From Nemertoderma westbladi (Eukaryota > Animalia > Xenacoelomorpha), in contig JAUCBJ010001793.1 of the NCBI GenBank assembly GCA_032718475.1, positions 1 to 64,000 on the forward strand: DNA of 64,000 nt, in the 5' to 3' direction. The position numbers and the translations under genes were made by a program. Shown in pieces: positions 40,090-54,280 of this stretch. Numbering within the stretch: the first letter of the stretch is position 1; each line of letters starts with the position of its first letter. The notes under the pieces were generated by a model that saw only the letters and a program-made list of their open reading frames with translations, had not been told where the DNA came from and did no database searches.

Positions 40090-41455
40090 CCACCAAGGTT
40101 ACGGCAGAATCGCCAGCCGATCGCCTCAATGGTTGGAAGGCCCACTTTGAAAAGCTCCTCAATAATGACAGGGTATTGCCTGATAACTTTATAGAAGCAA
40201 AAGTGTCTGAGTCTGTACTCCCAGATATTCCCATTGGTGATATCTCCTTTGCAGAAGTGAAGGCTGCTGCAAAGAGCATTAAGACCAATCGCGCCAGTGG
40301 AGTAGATGGTGTTCCCCTTGAGGTCTTTAAAATACTGATGTTTCGTGTTCCCCTTGAGGTTTTTAAAATACCTGAGTGTTTAAAGCTCATCTATCCCATC
40401 ATAGTAGACATGTACATAACAACAAGAGTCCCACAAGAAATGAAAACAAATAAGTTGGCGCCAGTTCCCAAGAAGGGCAACCTAACACTCTATGGTCCTT
40501 TTCGGGGAATCTCATTGATCTCGATTGCTGCAAAGCTATACAATATAATTATATTAAATCGCATCAGGGATCCCATTGGGAGACAGCTCCGTGGAAATCA
40601 GAATGGGTTTCGTAAAGGTCGTGGGACCATGGGGCCTATTTTGGCACTTAGAACATGCTGCTTCTAGTGTTGGTCTTTTTATTAACTCCAAAAAGACCAA
40701 AATTTTGACAGTTAACTTTGAAAGTCCTCAGCAAGTCTCTGACCGGATGAGCATAAGCGCAAAGGATGGTATACTTGAGCATGTTGACGACTTCTGTTAC
40801 CTGGGATCATGGATCCGGAAGTCAGGTGAGGACCTTCGAATACGTAAGGGAAAGGCATGGGCAGCCTTGAATAGGCTTTTCAGGATTTGGAAGTCATAGA
40901 GAATTAATCGGAAACTAAAGCTCCGATTATTTAGAGCAGCAGTAGTTCCAGTACTCCTCTACGGGAGTCCATGCTGGGCTCTAACTGCTGAGGACACCAA
41001 ATCTCTGGATGGCACATTCACAAGAATGCTACGCCGGGTTCATTGTGTCAAGTACAATGTACACATCTCCAAACCGACACTATATAACATTGGAGGTGTC
41101 TCATTGGTTCCCCCAAGCTTGACACTAGAACAAACTCGCCCCCGCTTTGCAGGACATTGTTTTCGCCGTGAGGACCAGCCAGTGCATAATCTTGTGCTTT
41201 GGCAGCCTCATAGAGTGAATAAGCTTGGTGGTGGACAGCCCATGACTTTCTTGAGGCGCATCTTAAAGGACACTGGCCTTGAAGATGCGGATGATCTAGC
41301 AAATGTCATGGGTTATAGGGAGTTGTGGCGGCGCAATTTTGTCGACAAGCCGGCACAGCCTTCTTAAAAATGCAGCTTCAATGCAGCATGCCGATCCTAG
41401 AAATAGTAGTAGTAGAAGTAGTATGCCGATCCGATCCTAGTAGTAGTAGTAGTTG
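40090..41455 (+). mobile_element. Internally deleted RTE-like LINE fragment
   Basis: RASGVDGVP, FRGISL, QNGFRKGR, then a jump to LEHAASSVGL, FCYLGSW, RFAGHCFR; (TAG)n tail. Same family as 60636-61757. Confidence 0.88.
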
Positions 41456-43359
41456 TTGTTTTAAGGGCTTCCGAAATAGTGACTCTAGTTGTTTTAAGGG
41501 CAACTGCTATTTTATCCAGCTGTTGGTGGTTGGGGTTGCCCAATAACATGAGTTTATTGATTTCTTTGTTGGTTAAGTAAATAAATTAATATGCGATTTT
41601 GAATTATTTTAGCTAGAAATTTGTGCTGTTTGTATATTTGTGAATCGCTTCCAGTTGTATCTTGTGTTATATTAAAAATAATTATAACATATTACTATTA
41701 AAACACAAATTCCCTGTTAATACCTGCCTTCATCAATCCTCTGTGCGCCTTTGGGTTGGGGTGGTGCAGATTAAGAGGGAGGTTAACCCTATCCATACCG
41801 AGGGGGGGGGGGGGGGGGGGGCTTTGATTTATTAGTGTTTGGTTAAATTTCTTAAATACCGAGTTTGTGATACAGTAGAATCGCTCAATATTAATCTATA
41901 TCTCATAACTGTGCCTCGTGCTGCGCGAAGACACCCACGAACGTGTCAGTGTTACATATTTATATATTATTTTTTTTTAATTTCTGCAAACTCTAAATAA
42001 TTTAATTATTTTTTTTCATTTCTGTGAACTCTAAATAATTTTACTATTTTTTTATTGAATTTTTGTAAACTCTAAATAATTTAATTATTTTTTTTAATTT
42101 CTGCAAACTCTAAATAATTTTAATATATGTTCCCATGCCATGTAGGCTTACTGAAGTGTTGTACCTTGTACTTTTGTAGGGTACCGGTTCGTAAACACAC
42201 CTAAACACAAACACAAATCAGCCACCATACATATCCTTCATTGCATCACCATTATTAACCGAATGCGCCCTCCCCACACCCACTTTCCCCCATAAGTAAC
42301 CAATCAAAGCCAACCCCAAAATCTTGCCTATCACTACAAAGCTGGGGTTACGTTACCAATAATGGCGCCCTTTTGCAAAGGTAGTAAACGAATGATATAA
42401 TGCTTTTGGCCAATGACTTTGGCTCCTAAGTTGTTTAAATTCCGTCTGCTGCCAGGTAATGCCAATAGCCCAATAACGGCCTGTAATCAGCTGCGTTTCA
42501 AATAATTTTTAACTTCCGTATACCCTATACTTACAGTACTTTATCTTGGGAGGAATGGCATGACTCATCATAAACCTTATCTGATATTATCATTATCAAA
42601 TAATACTTTATTTGCATATATTAATAGTCGTCATAAAGATTGTTGTTGTATTTTGCAGGTTATCTTTTATAACGGTTTGAAATTGTTTGTTCTTGCACAA
42701 TCTTGTGCTAAGAATACTTAATTGAGTAAATTGAATGAACATTTATTACTTTTTTTTTCGGTTGAGACGTCATTCTTATGAAACTTTGCTTTAGAAAATT
42801 GAATTTTCTTTACTCTGTTTTTCGCCCATGTGAAGAATACCAGGATTTCACTTTTCGGTCGACTTTTTATTAGAATTTTATATATGAAGATTTTTTATTT
42901 TTTTAATTTATCTTTAGTAAGTGTTTTATAGCGCTTATTTCTGTCTTATAATAACCTGTACATATACTAATTCGTTTATTGTTTTGGTTAGATTCAGCCC
43001 TTCTGTAACCTGTGTTTTTGGTGAAAACCTGGTAATCTTCACATGGGGGTAACTGCAAAGTGAAATATAACGGAAAAAAGGCAAAAAAAATTCACCGAAA
43101 AATGGACATCACTTTTTATTGCTTCGGATTCAGATCGCGGAACCTTGATTTTTGGAAACTACTTCAAATTTTGCATTAGATGAGATGTTTTATGAAAAAA
43201 TTCAACAATTTCAAAGTTTTGGTGTTCAACAGCCTTAATTAAATAGGCTATCACTTTATGGTATGTAACTATATATTACTTAATTACTTATTATTGTACT
43301 TGACATTAATAGTGATAAGAATAGCTTTAGTGATAAGCTGCTATTTGTTACAAACCTTA

Positions 43360-44080
43360 CCGGTAGAGGAGTAGAGGCGGTAGATATATCCAGCTGATCG
43401 CCTGTCTGATTGGAAGGTTCACTTTGAGAAACTGCTCAATAATGATTGAGTACCTCCTGATGATATCACAGTGCATCGAGTGTCTCCCACAGTGCTCAAA
43501 GACATCCCCACAGACAATCAGTCAGATCCATCAATGATCTATCTATCCATCATCTTTGTGGATTTCTTCAAGTCCTCCGGTTCTATCTCCCGCACACCAT
43601 ATAGGCCTTAAAATGCTTAAGATGGACTATGGGAACGAACACCGATGATATAATTGGCGCAAAGATGATGGTTCCACAACATTTGTCTCTAAAACATATG
43701 GAGATACAGACCAATTGAAGTGTCAAGAAGTGTCCATAAAGGTGACACGCTTGCACGTATTCTCTTCATTATTATGGTGGACTATGTGCTGTTAATTTAT
43801 CTCGACCAACATAATATAGATGGGGGTGGACCTGGACATACAACAAGCCAGTAGAAGTGGAGGTAATTCACCATTACACTTGACGGACCTCGACTTTTCT
43901 GATTATCTGGGTTTAATATAGGAAAACATGGGATGGTACCCAAATGCAAATACTACTCAGAGGTCTAGAACATGCAGCATCTATTTGTAAATACTACAAG
44001 GACAATAATCCTGAAGGTAAACTTGGATTCCCTCCTGTAGGTCATCGACCATCGGTTAACACCCCCGCATACAAAAGACC
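43360..44080 (+). mobile_element. Old degenerate copy of the same RTE-like family
   Basis: Nucleotide similarity to about 40115-40230 ('gatcgcct...tggaagg..cactttga..a.ct.ctcaataatg'); GDTLA..LFII.VDY and LTDLDF remnants. Confidence 0.65.
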
Positions 44081-44250
44081 TTGGCATAAGGTCTACATTA
44101 AATAAACTATTAGTGGCATGGAAATCTCAAAATCACCATCTCTGAAAAAGTGAAATTTATTCCGGCCATTAGTAAAGATTTGTCTGTAGGGTTAGGGTTC
44201 ATGACTTAAACTTCAGCTTACTTAACAAACAAGGATTGTATAATCTCGTA

Positions 44251-44460
44251 GGGGGTACCGGTAGCTCAGTTGGTTGAGCGCCGGGCCTGCAATGAGCTCC
44301 GCCAGGGTCCATTCATCCACCAGGGTCGATAAAATCAGGACAAGTTGAATTACTGGGAGCACAACTTGGGATAGCTATAGCGTCCTGCGTCCACCCCTAC
44401 CTTCGGGTAGCTGCTATCGAAGGAGGGGCCTTTGACTGTTTGCTTTGCTTTCTTTGTCTT
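44251..44460 (+). mobile_element. tRNA-derived SINE remnant
   Basis: A box TAGCTCAGTTGG and a tRNA-like 5' half; B box missing; a central 'ttcatcc...gggtcgataaaat' motif reminiscent of conserved invertebrate SINE central domains; simple-repeat tail (TTTGC)n. Confidence 0.55.
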
Positions 44461-45466
44461 ATTGTCAAAATCCACCACCACCCTGCAGGTACGGTGGCGA
44501 AGTCTTACCGTCCAGTGTCCACTACTATCATAGAACAGCAACAGATCGGATTGGGCTGGGCTGGTCTTGCTTGATCTATGCTTGGCAGCTGGTATTTGGG
44601 ATCAGCCTTTGACATTACCGGAACATCTGCTATAAAGACATTAGTCTTGATAATGCAGAGACTAGAGACGAAGTGTTTCGTTGCAGAAGTGACCGGAATG
44701 CATCCTTGTCATGTGGCCGAGATTTGAATACGGCGGGTACGTTCAACAAATATAATAATATAAATCGACTGGTTTTGTATTACCGTAAATCATATTGGTA
44801 TTTTGTCTTAGAACACTCTACATGCTTCACTAGTGCAACCTTATTGTACTATCATATCGTCTATGTCTGTCCACCATTTACTAAGAAGATACCTAGAACT
44901 TTTAATGTTCCCTTTCAGTGGTTAGTCAGTCATGCTACATTTGTGAGATTTTGTTTTATTATATTTGAAGAAGCTCGGCCGATTACTGAATATAGCCATA
45001 GCGGAAACAACCCGGTTTTGATAATAATACCTACCTTTAATGTTTTTTTTACAAGTCGCAGCTTGTCATTAAATCATATATAATTTCCTTATATTACAAC
45101 AAACTTTAGATTGACTTGGGTTTTTCCAAAGTTTTTTACCTGTTATTATTTTGCTCTTAATTTTTTTACTCCATAATATTTTTTTACTCAATAACTAGAA
45201 CGCCATCAAGATGGATTTAAACGAACCTGTCTTACTGTATTAGATAAATAAAATAATAATTAATTATCTGTATTAGATAAATTTATTATACTAAATACAT
45301 TCTCAGTTAGCCTAATATAAAAATATCGGAAGCAACCAATATAATGTACAAGCCTCCTACCCGGCTGGAACCCTGGTTTAGTTTTCCGGTTAATTTAATC
45401 GACAGCTGATGTAAACGCGCCAGATAAACAAAACCTGATAACCCTTTGCATTTATATTGAGCTTAA

Positions 45467-47773
45467 TTGTAACCTCCTCACTTGGAACCTCCATCCCTTG
45501 TAACCCCCTCATTTGTAACCACCTTACTTGTAACCCTTTACCCCTTACTTATAACCCCCTCACTTGTGACCTCCCTCATTTGTAACCTCCTCACTCGTAA
45601 CCTCCTCACTTGTAGCCTCCTCACTTGTAGCCTCCTCACTTGTAAGCTTATCACTTGTAACCTCCTCACTTGTAACCGCCTCACTTGTAACCTCCCTCGC
45701 TTGTAACCTCCTCACTTTTAATCACCTCACTTGTAACCTCCTCACTTTTAATCACCTCACTTGTAACCTCCCTCACTTTGTAACCTCCTCACTTTTTATC
45801 ACCTCACTTGCAAACTTCACACTTGTAGCCTCCTCACTTGTAAGCTTCTCACTTGTAACCTCCTCACTTGTAACCGCCTCACTTGTAACCGCCTCACTTG
45901 TAACCTCCCTCGCTTGTAACCTCCCTCGCTTGTAACCTCCTCACTTTTAATCACCTCACTTGTAACCTCCCTCGCTTGTAACCTCCCTCGCTTGTAACCT
46001 CCCTCACTTTGTAACCTCCTCACTTTTTATCACCTCACTTGCAAACTTCACACTTGTAGCCTCCTCACTTGTAAGCTTCTCACTTGTAACCTCCTCACTT
46101 GTAACCGCCTCACTTGTAACCGCCTCACTTGTAACCTCCCTCGCTTGTAACCTCCCTCACTTGTAACCTCCCTCACTTTGTAACCTCCTCACTTTTTATC
46201 ACCTCACTTGCAAACTTCACACTTGTAGCCTCCTCACTTGTAAGCTTCTCACTTGTAACCTCCTCACTTGTAACCACCTCACTTGTAACCTCTTCACTTG
46301 TAACCTCCTCACTTGTAACCGCCTCACTTGTTACCTCACTCACTTGTAACCACCTCACTTGTAACCTCCCTCACTTGTAACCTCCTCACTTTTAATCACC
46401 TCACTTGCAACCTCCACACTTGTAACCTCCTCACTTGTAACCTCCTCACTTGTAACCGCCTCACTTGTAACCTCCCTCACTTGTAACCTCCTTACTTTCA
46501 ATCACCTCACTTGTAACCTCCTCACTTTTAATCACCTCACTTGCAACCTCCACACTTGTAACCTCCTCACTTATAACCGCCTCACTTGTAACCTCCCTCA
46601 CTTGTAACCTCCTCACTTTCAATCACCTCACTTGTAACCTCCCTCACTTGTAACCTCCTCACTTTAAATCACCTCACTTACAACCTCCACACTTGTAACC
46701 TCCTCACTTTTAACCGCCTCACTTGTAACCTCCTCACTTATAACCCCCTCACTTGTTACCCTCCTGACTTGTAACCTCCTCACTTTTAATCACCTCACTT
46801 GTAACCTCCTCACTTGTAACCTCCTCACTTTTAATCACCTCACTTGCAACCTCCACACTTGTAACCTCCTCACTTGTAACCTCCTCACTTGTAACCGCCT
46901 CACTTGTAACCTCCCTCACTTGTAACCTCCTCACTTTCAATCACCTCACTTGTAACCTCCCTCACTTGTAACCTCCTCACTTTTAATCACCTCACTTGCA
47001 ACCTTCACACTTGTAACCTCCTCACTTGTAACCGCCTCACTTGTAACCTGCCTCAATTGTAACCTCCTCACTTTCAATCACCTCACTTGTAACCTCCCTC
47101 ACTTGTAACCTCCTCACTTTTAATCACCTCACTTGCAACCTCCACACTTGTAACCTCCTCACTTGTAACCTCCTCACTTGTAACCGCCTCACTTGTAACC
47201 TGCCTCAATTGTAACCTCCTCACTTTCAATCACCTCACTTGTAACCTCCCTCACTTGTAACCTCCTCACTTTTAATCACCTCACTTACAACCTCCACACT
47301 TGTAACCTCCTCACTTGTAACCTCTCACTTGTAACCTCCTCATTTGTAACCACATCACTTATAACCCCCTCACTTGTAACCTCCTCACTTGTAACCCTCT
47401 CACTTATAACCACTTCACTCGCTACCTCCTCACTTGGAACCTCCTCACTTGTAACCACATCACTTGTAATCCCCTCACTTATAACCTCCTCACTTGTACC
47501 TCCATCACTTGTAACCTCCCTCTCTTGTATCCTGCTCACTTGTAACTCACTCACTTGTAACCTCCTCACTTGTAACCTTCTCACTCGTAACCTCCTCACT
47601 TGTAACCCCCACACTTGTAACTCCCTCACTTGTAACCTCCTCACTTGTAACTCCATCACTTGTAACCCCCACACTTGTAACTCCCTCACTTGTAACCTCC
47701 TCACTTGTAACTCCATCACTTGTAACCTGCTCACTTGTAACCACCTCACTTGTAATCCCCCTCACCTCACTTG
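45467..47773. repeat. 15-16-bp minisatellite (CTCACTTGTAACCTC)n with higher-order variant patterns
   Basis: Tandem periodicity is directly visible; source of the spurious EVTSE/RRLQV ORFs. Confidence 0.96.
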
Positions 47774-48118
47774 TTTGATTGTAAATACTGGTGCATCCGT
47801 GGGTAATTAATTGTTAGAGCATACATGAACGGTTATTTGGCAGACAAGAGTTCGATCCCCGAAGGTGGCAAATTATTGTTCTTGCTTCACTTGCTATGTA
47901 GTTAGTTGTTCATCCAAAGTCCTGTTTAAATTAACAAATTTTATAACATTCTGTAATAATTACTATTACATAAAATTAGTTTAGTATTATAATTACAATT
48001 GTATATGAAACCGGAATATTTCACTGTTTTAATTAGATACGTTTCTGCCTGCCTACCAATATTATTAACCTTTTATTTCACGAGTAATTAAATATTTATA
48101 GCAGAGTTTACAACATAA

Positions 48119-48467
48119 ATGAACAATATGGGGAAATTATTAAATTGCAATCAATGTTGGCTAATAATTGGCGTTCTAGTGGTTACAATGCAAGGGGTAG
48201 CAATCGGAAACATTCTAATGCCACAGAATCGGCACGTAAAAACATTCCTCCCACAATTATCACCTGTAACAAACGAGAAGAACTACTGCCCTCGAAATTT
48301 GACACTGGCGTGTGGGAAATGTGATTTTGTCACTGGGCTGTGTAAGTTGCGTGAACATGGAATCCCAATTCGTAATATAAAGTGTCCATCTGGCGAAGAT
48401 CAATGCAAAGTTATCTGTCAATTGCAAGAATGTTGTCCCGGTTTGTGGAGTCCGTTGTGTAACAGAG
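48119..48467 (+). CDS. Stabilin-like secreted/membrane protein, first coding exon (signal peptide plus EMI-like Cys-rich region ending CCPGLWSPLCNR)
   Basis: Hydrophobic leader, Cys-rich region, G|gtgagt donor (phase 1); splices in frame to 56160. Confidence 0.8.
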
Positions 48468-49002
48468 GTGAGTCAGCTAAATCATAAGATTTCGTTCTTA
48501 ATACAGTGCAGTGTAGTCGTAGTAACAATAACTAGAATCATTAATAACAGTATGAATAATAATTTGTTTTCAATCATGTCTAGTTCCCAATCTATGGTAC
48601 TTACTTACTACCAAGGCCTTGGTACTACATTTTATCTTTATGCAGTAGCGATGTGATGAAAAGGTTACGGTAAAGATAACATATATCTTAACATGATTTC
48701 ATGGAATGCAAGGGGACTGAAAGATACCATTGATAATGATTAAGTTTTTAAGTACTGTATGTATTTCTTTTCTATTTAATTTGGTTGTACGAGGTGAAAT
48801 CAGACTATTGGTATTTTATTCCAAAGTTTTCATATATGATAAATTTAATATGGCTTGAATAACAATAATATAATATGACATGTATTAATTGTCTAGTCTA
48901 TCTTTTGGACTGATTCAATGTTGCTTTTAATTCAGGCCAAAGTCCATATGAAATACAATTATAATACCCAATTTACGATAAGTATAGTATATCATCATAG
49001 TA

Positions 49003-50318
49003 CACCATCTCCCTTAATACAACAACCATTATTAACAGGCCGGAGTCCCCCCCCCCCCCCCCTTCATTTTTTCAAATTTTAATAAAATGCTACGAAATTT
49101 GGTATAATGATAGAACGACACCTTTTCTTACTGCTGGCAGAGCCGGGTTTTTCAATTTCTCAGTTATTTCCATACAACAAGCCCTTAAAAATGTCTAAAT
49201 AAAAAATGTTTAACCATATCTCCGTGGACTTTATTTTACGTCTTTGAAATGTAATCTAGATATCATTAGAATGGCCTTCGTCTGTAGATTCCGAATCTGA
49301 AAACCATTTTAAATTTCACCAATATTTTCCTGAGATATTATCAACATTCAAAGGCATATAAAAGTTGCAATAATACGGTTGCAGCCTTAAAAGGTTCTAA
49401 AAACAAAACATACTACCAAATTAACGTAAAATAAATATGGGTAAAAGTGAGGGAGGGGGGAGGTGGGTGGTGGCGGGAATTAAAAGCACATCTTCAGTTC
49501 CCGGGAGCACTTGACTTCAGTTGAATGACTCTTTAATACAGGCTGCGTTGCCTGCCTGTACGGTAATTCCAATTCTTTGGCGTATGAATTGAAATGACTT
49601 GGCGTTCCCACTAACGTTCTGGATTCGGTGGCCAAGCTGCCGGAGAAATTCTAGGGACGAAGGGCCAATGCCACCAAGTGTCTCAATTGCCACTGGTTGA
49701 ACGAGATACTCAAGTGAGACGCTACTGTTCGAGACGGTTTTGCGTTCTTCAGCCAACTCAGCAACACGTGGACCATCTTGGTCAAATCTACATTATTCTA
49801 AGGTTTTTTGACTCTATTCTAGTATAGTTATTATTATTAGAGTTTGAGTTTTAGACGATTGAGTTGTAGATGATTGAGTTTTTAACGCTTAGCTAAATAT
49901 AATTAATATCCTAGAATAGAGTAAAAAAAACATTAGTTAGAATTATGTAGATTTGCGTATAAAATGTATGCCTTTGAATGTTGACAATATCTCAAGAAAA
50001 TATTGGTGAAATTTGAACGGTTTTCAGATTCGGAATCTACAGACGAAGGCGGTTCTAATGATATCTAGATTACATTTCAAAGACGTAAAATAAAGTCTAC
50101 GGAGGTGGTTAAACATTGCTAAGTAGGCATTTTTTAAGGGCTTGTATGGAAATAACTGAGAAATTGAAAAATCCGGCCAGGCCACCAGTAAGAAAAGGTG
50201 TCGATCTATCATCATACCGAATTTCGTAGCATTTTATTGAAATTCGACAAAAGATGGGGGGGGGGGGGGGGGTAGCTTCGACCCCCTAAAAATGGTTGTT
50301 GTGTTAAGGGAGATGGTG
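49003..50318. mobile_element. Long-TIR MITE/foldback with TA TSD
   Basis: TA-caccatctcccttaa...ttaagggagatggtg-TA; the arms stay inverted-similar over about 350 bp. Confidence 0.88.
49517..49785 (-). mobile_element. 3' fragment of an RLE-type (CRE-like) non-LTR retrotransposon inside the MITE
   Basis: PVAIETLGGIGP...FLRQLG...QRIGITVQAGNAACI is typical of the C-terminus after the restriction-like endonuclease. Confidence 0.7.
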
Positions 50319-50429
50319 TATATGTAAGTAAAGTAATCCAACTACAACAAAATATTTTATTGCATGGTAAATAATGTGGAACATTATTTTCTCTACATTC
50401 GAGATATTTGATGTACCGATGGTAGCGAC

Positions 50430-51445
50430 TCGTAGAGTAGTGTAGTCGAGGTTAATAAAGAATCGAGAGCTCAGTGAAAATATGTTACTAGTGTAATGTA
50501 GTAGCGCAGTGAAGTGTAGTCTATTGAACTCGTAGAGTAGTGTACTCGTAGTGTAGTGTAGTCGTAGTGTAGTGTAGTCGTAGTGTAGAGTAGTCGTAGT
50601 GTAGTGTAGTCGTAGTGTAGTGTAGTCGTAGTGTATTGAACTTGTAGAGTAGTGTCGTGTAGTCGTAGTGTAGTGTAGTCGTAGTGTAGTGTAGTCGTAG
50701 TGTAGTGTAGTCGTAGTGTATTGAACTCGTAGAGTAGTGTAGTCGTAGTGTAGTGTAGTCGCAGTGTAGTGTAGTCGTAGTGTAGTGTAGTCGTAGTGTA
50801 CTCGTAGTGTCGTGTAGTCGTAGTGTAGTGTAGTCGTAGTGTAGAGTAGTCGTAGTGTAGTGTAGTCGTAGTGTAGTGAAGTGTAGTCGTAGTGTAGTGT
50901 AGTCGCAGTGTAGTGTAGTCGTAGTGTAGTGTACTCGTAGTGTCGTGTAGTCGTAGTGTAGTGTAGTCGTAGTGTAGTGTAGTCGTAGAGTAGTGTAGTC
51001 GTAGTGTAGAGTAGTCGTAGCGTAGTGTAGTCATAGTGTAGTATAGTCGTAGTGTAGTGTAGTCTTAGTGTAGTGTAGTCGTAGTGCATTGAACTCGTAG
51101 AGTAGTATAGTCGTAGTGTAGTGAAGTGTAGTCGTAGTGTATTGAACTTGTAGAGTGGTCTAGTGTAGTCGTAGTGTACTCGAAGTGTAGTGTAGTGTAG
51201 TGTAGTCGTAGTGTACTCGAGGTGTAGTGTAGTGTAGTGTAGTGTAGTCGTAGTGTACTCGAAGTGTAGTGTAGTGTAGGTGTAGTGTAGTCGTAGTGTA
51301 GTGTAGTGTAGTCGTAGTGTACTCGAAGTGTAGTGTAGTCGTAGTGTAGAGTTGTCATAGTGTAGTGTAGTCGTAGTGTAGTGTAGTCGTAGTGTAGTTG
51401 TAGTGTATTGAACTCGTAGAGAAGTGTAGTGTAGTCGTAGTGCAC
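50430..51445. repeat. Compound (GTAGT)n/(GTAGTC)n microsatellite
   Basis: Low-complexity tandem run; source of the spurious TTLHY ORFs. Confidence 0.95.
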
Positions 51446-51612
51446 ATACGGGCACGGGCTCTATAATTAGGATTCAAAAATGTAATTAAGCAGGCATATA
51501 AATGTTTCTTGCATTTAATTATGTAATAACTTTGTATTATATTTCAACGCTTGTTGATTTTATGTTAGTCCCTCTGGTTAGTAATAAGTTCCAGTTCTCA
51601 AGTTTTTTCTGC

Positions 51613-54280
51613 TCAGTCAACCATTAATGATCGGAATTCGTTCCAAGAAACTCGACCGTTGGACCCAACTTCGTCAATCATTTCTTGTATATCTTCTTGT
51701 GAACAATTATCACCTAGTTTCCTTAATAAGTTCGCCAGCTCATCGTAGGTAATGAAGTTATCACGATCTGTATCAAAAGCCTGTAAAAATAGATTATGTT
51801 AGACAGTGTTATTTTTTAACATATTTACACCATGTCCTGGAATATAGTGTCGTTATTCAGGTACCTGCCCCCCCCCCCCCCCCCCCCCCCCCCAAATTTT
51901 TTTACAAATCTTAATGAGATCCCGTCAGATAGCATGAAATTTGAAACACAGATAGTTTCACCTCCCTCCTCACTGACTGGGTGAGCCAGAATTTTTATTT
52001 TCGCTTTCATTCTTTAGCTACAAGCGTTTAAAAATAGTGTCTCCGGCGAAATTACACCAGTTACACCGCAGTATTTCTTCAACCTTATTATGATTTGTTA
52101 GTACTAATTTAAAGCTTGTCGTGCAAGGATTCCAAAAATGTAAAAACATTTGAATTTGGTAGAGAAATAGCCGAGATATGGGAATTCGAAAGTTGCATGT
52201 ATTTGCTTCCCCTGCACGCCATTTATTCTATTTAATAAATACATCATATTCTGGAACATTTTGTTTATCCCGTATGTAGCTGGGCAACAATGCAATGCTT
52301 TCTTTAAACATACGGTTATGTAGCTAGCTATTCATACATAAACAAAATGTTTTTATTTAATGGAATAAAACAGTTTTGCGCAAGTGCAAAACCATGAAAC
52401 TTTTGAACGCTTATATCTCAGCTATTTCCCAAACAAATTCAAATATTTTTACATTTTTGGAATCCGTGCATGGTTAGCTTTCTATTTCTATCAACCAATC
52501 GCGATAAGGTTCATGAATAACTGCAGTGTGATTGGTGAAATATCACTGGAGACACCTTTTTCAAACGCTTGTAGCTAAAGATTGAAAGCAAAAATTTAAA
52601 TTCTGGCTCACCCAGTAAGGAGGAGGGAGGTGAAACTATATCTGTTTCAAATTTCATGCTATCACAATAAGATTTGTAGAAAAATTTGGGGGGGGGGGGG
52701 TGGGGGGTGTCCAGGTACCAGAATAACGACACTATATTCCAGGACATGGTGTATTTAAAGATGATAAACATATCTAGATATGTATTTTTTCGCACTTCTT
52801 TACACTGTTGTGAAAAAAGTTACTTTCTTTAAATAAACCTGATGTGGTGGCAAAATAAGGCAAAATAAAATTGCTCTACTTTCACTTTTTGACCTTAAAT
52901 AAATATTTTAATAATTACCAACTCTAAATGCCTCCCTGAGCTGCTCCTCAAAACTCATATTGCCCATATCCTCCTGTTTGCGTAACATTAGACCACAAAA
53001 TTCTGTGAAACTTATCTGGCCATCATTGTTTTTGTCGTTCTTCATCAGGTCTTTGATATCACTTTGACTGTCGTGATGTCCCATCGACTGAAATAGCTAC
53101 GAAAAAAAAATAATTGTTTATTACTCGGAAAAAAATCTAGAACTTTTTCTTGTCGGCGAGGTAAATAAAATGACGAGGGAGTAGTTAAAAATATAAAAAC
53201 TTCTACATTTTTTCTCATGCTATGTTCTGGAGTATTTCTGACGTAAGTAGAGAGTGGCTCACCTACGGAAAACCAATATTTGATACTGAGTGTTTATTGT
53301 GATATTGTGCTTTGCGGACACTAAAGTGCAAGTCGTTTCTACTTTGATGCTTCTGTATTTCAACCAGAAATTCAAATTCTATTATCTTAAAAAAATCTTA
53401 TTTTCATTATTTGGCTTTATTCGCCGGGGAAAAAGCACACTCAATGAAATCCTATGGGTTACTATTTTCCCTAGAGAAGAAATTATACTTTTTCTCCCGA
53501 TTGTAAGTTATATTCGGGCGAAAAACTAACAATTTAAGAATAATAATTATTTATTACATGGAAAAAATTATAGAACATTTTATTTACTGAGCGCCAGCGA
53601 GGTTAATAAAGGGTCGAGAGAATATTTAAATATATGTTCTACGTATTTCTATGTACTTCAATTCGAAATAGTACAAGAAAATGTTTAAAAAGTTGACATA
53701 ATGTAACAAAATTACATACATCATTGCTTTCAAAGGTCACTTTTATTTATGTAAATTAATCTTGCGTTTTCAGCCTAATGTGAAACACGCGCCTTCCACA
53801 TATATGTTTAGAGTAATGTGGGGCGAGCCACGCAGTCAGGACGAGCCTTAGCGCACAATTATAACTAGTAAATAGGGCAAAATTTCATGTCCGTCTGTCT
53901 GTCCGTCTGTATGTCTGTCCGTCTGTAATAATAAATTCATTCGTAAATAACTTTTGAAGAATTTAACCATTTTCAACCAAATTTTGTACGGGCATACTAG
54001 AGAAAAAGTTCCAATATTGATAAAAGTTACGGGCATTAATTACTCTCTCGAACTTTTGACTCCAGATCAAATCGAACTTGTTTCGAACTTGCTCGAGTTC
54101 GCGTGCTGCGTGACGCCCCTCGAACGTGTATTGGCTTACCTTAGTTAATTCCCTTACTCCAATAGACCCACTGTGATCTGTGTCGTACTGGCAGAAGCAC
54201 TCATAATAGTCGTCTACCTGATCGTTGGTTAGTTTTCCTTTGTACATTGCTTCAGCTTTCCGTTTCTGCGATTGGGCCAT
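51613..54280 (-). CDS. Calmodulin-like EF-hand protein, 160 aa, 3 exons: 54280-54140, 53096-52923, 51780-51613
   Basis: All introns are GT-AG, phase 0. EF1 DTDHSGSIGVRE, EF2 DKNNDGQISFTE, EF3 DTDRDNFITYDE, degenerate EF4 (DEVGSNGRVSWNEF); linker EEQLREAFRAFD; TGA at 51613-51615. Confidence 0.92.
51828..52751. mobile_element. Palindromic MITE with TA TSD in calmodulin-like intron 2
   Basis: TA-caccatgtcctggaatatagtgtcgttattc ... gaataacgacactatattccaggacatggtg-TA. Confidence 0.9.
53818..54128 (+). mobile_element. Short HINE/MITE-like element in calmodulin-like intron 1
   Basis: Same ends as 22849-24092; (GTCY)n microsatellite at about 53888-53925. Confidence 0.6.

Noticed and set aside
47790-47872. 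Degenerate tRNA-like segment with GTTCGATCCC
   Set aside because: Only a B-box-like motif with no convincing A box or fold; too weak to call.
45482-51455. EVTSE-, RRLQV- and TTLHY-rich ORFs
   Set aside because: Products of mini- and microsatellites.
53963-54280. Single-exon 105-aa ORF
   Set aside because: Only the first 47 codons are exon; the rest reads through a GT donor into an intronic repeat.
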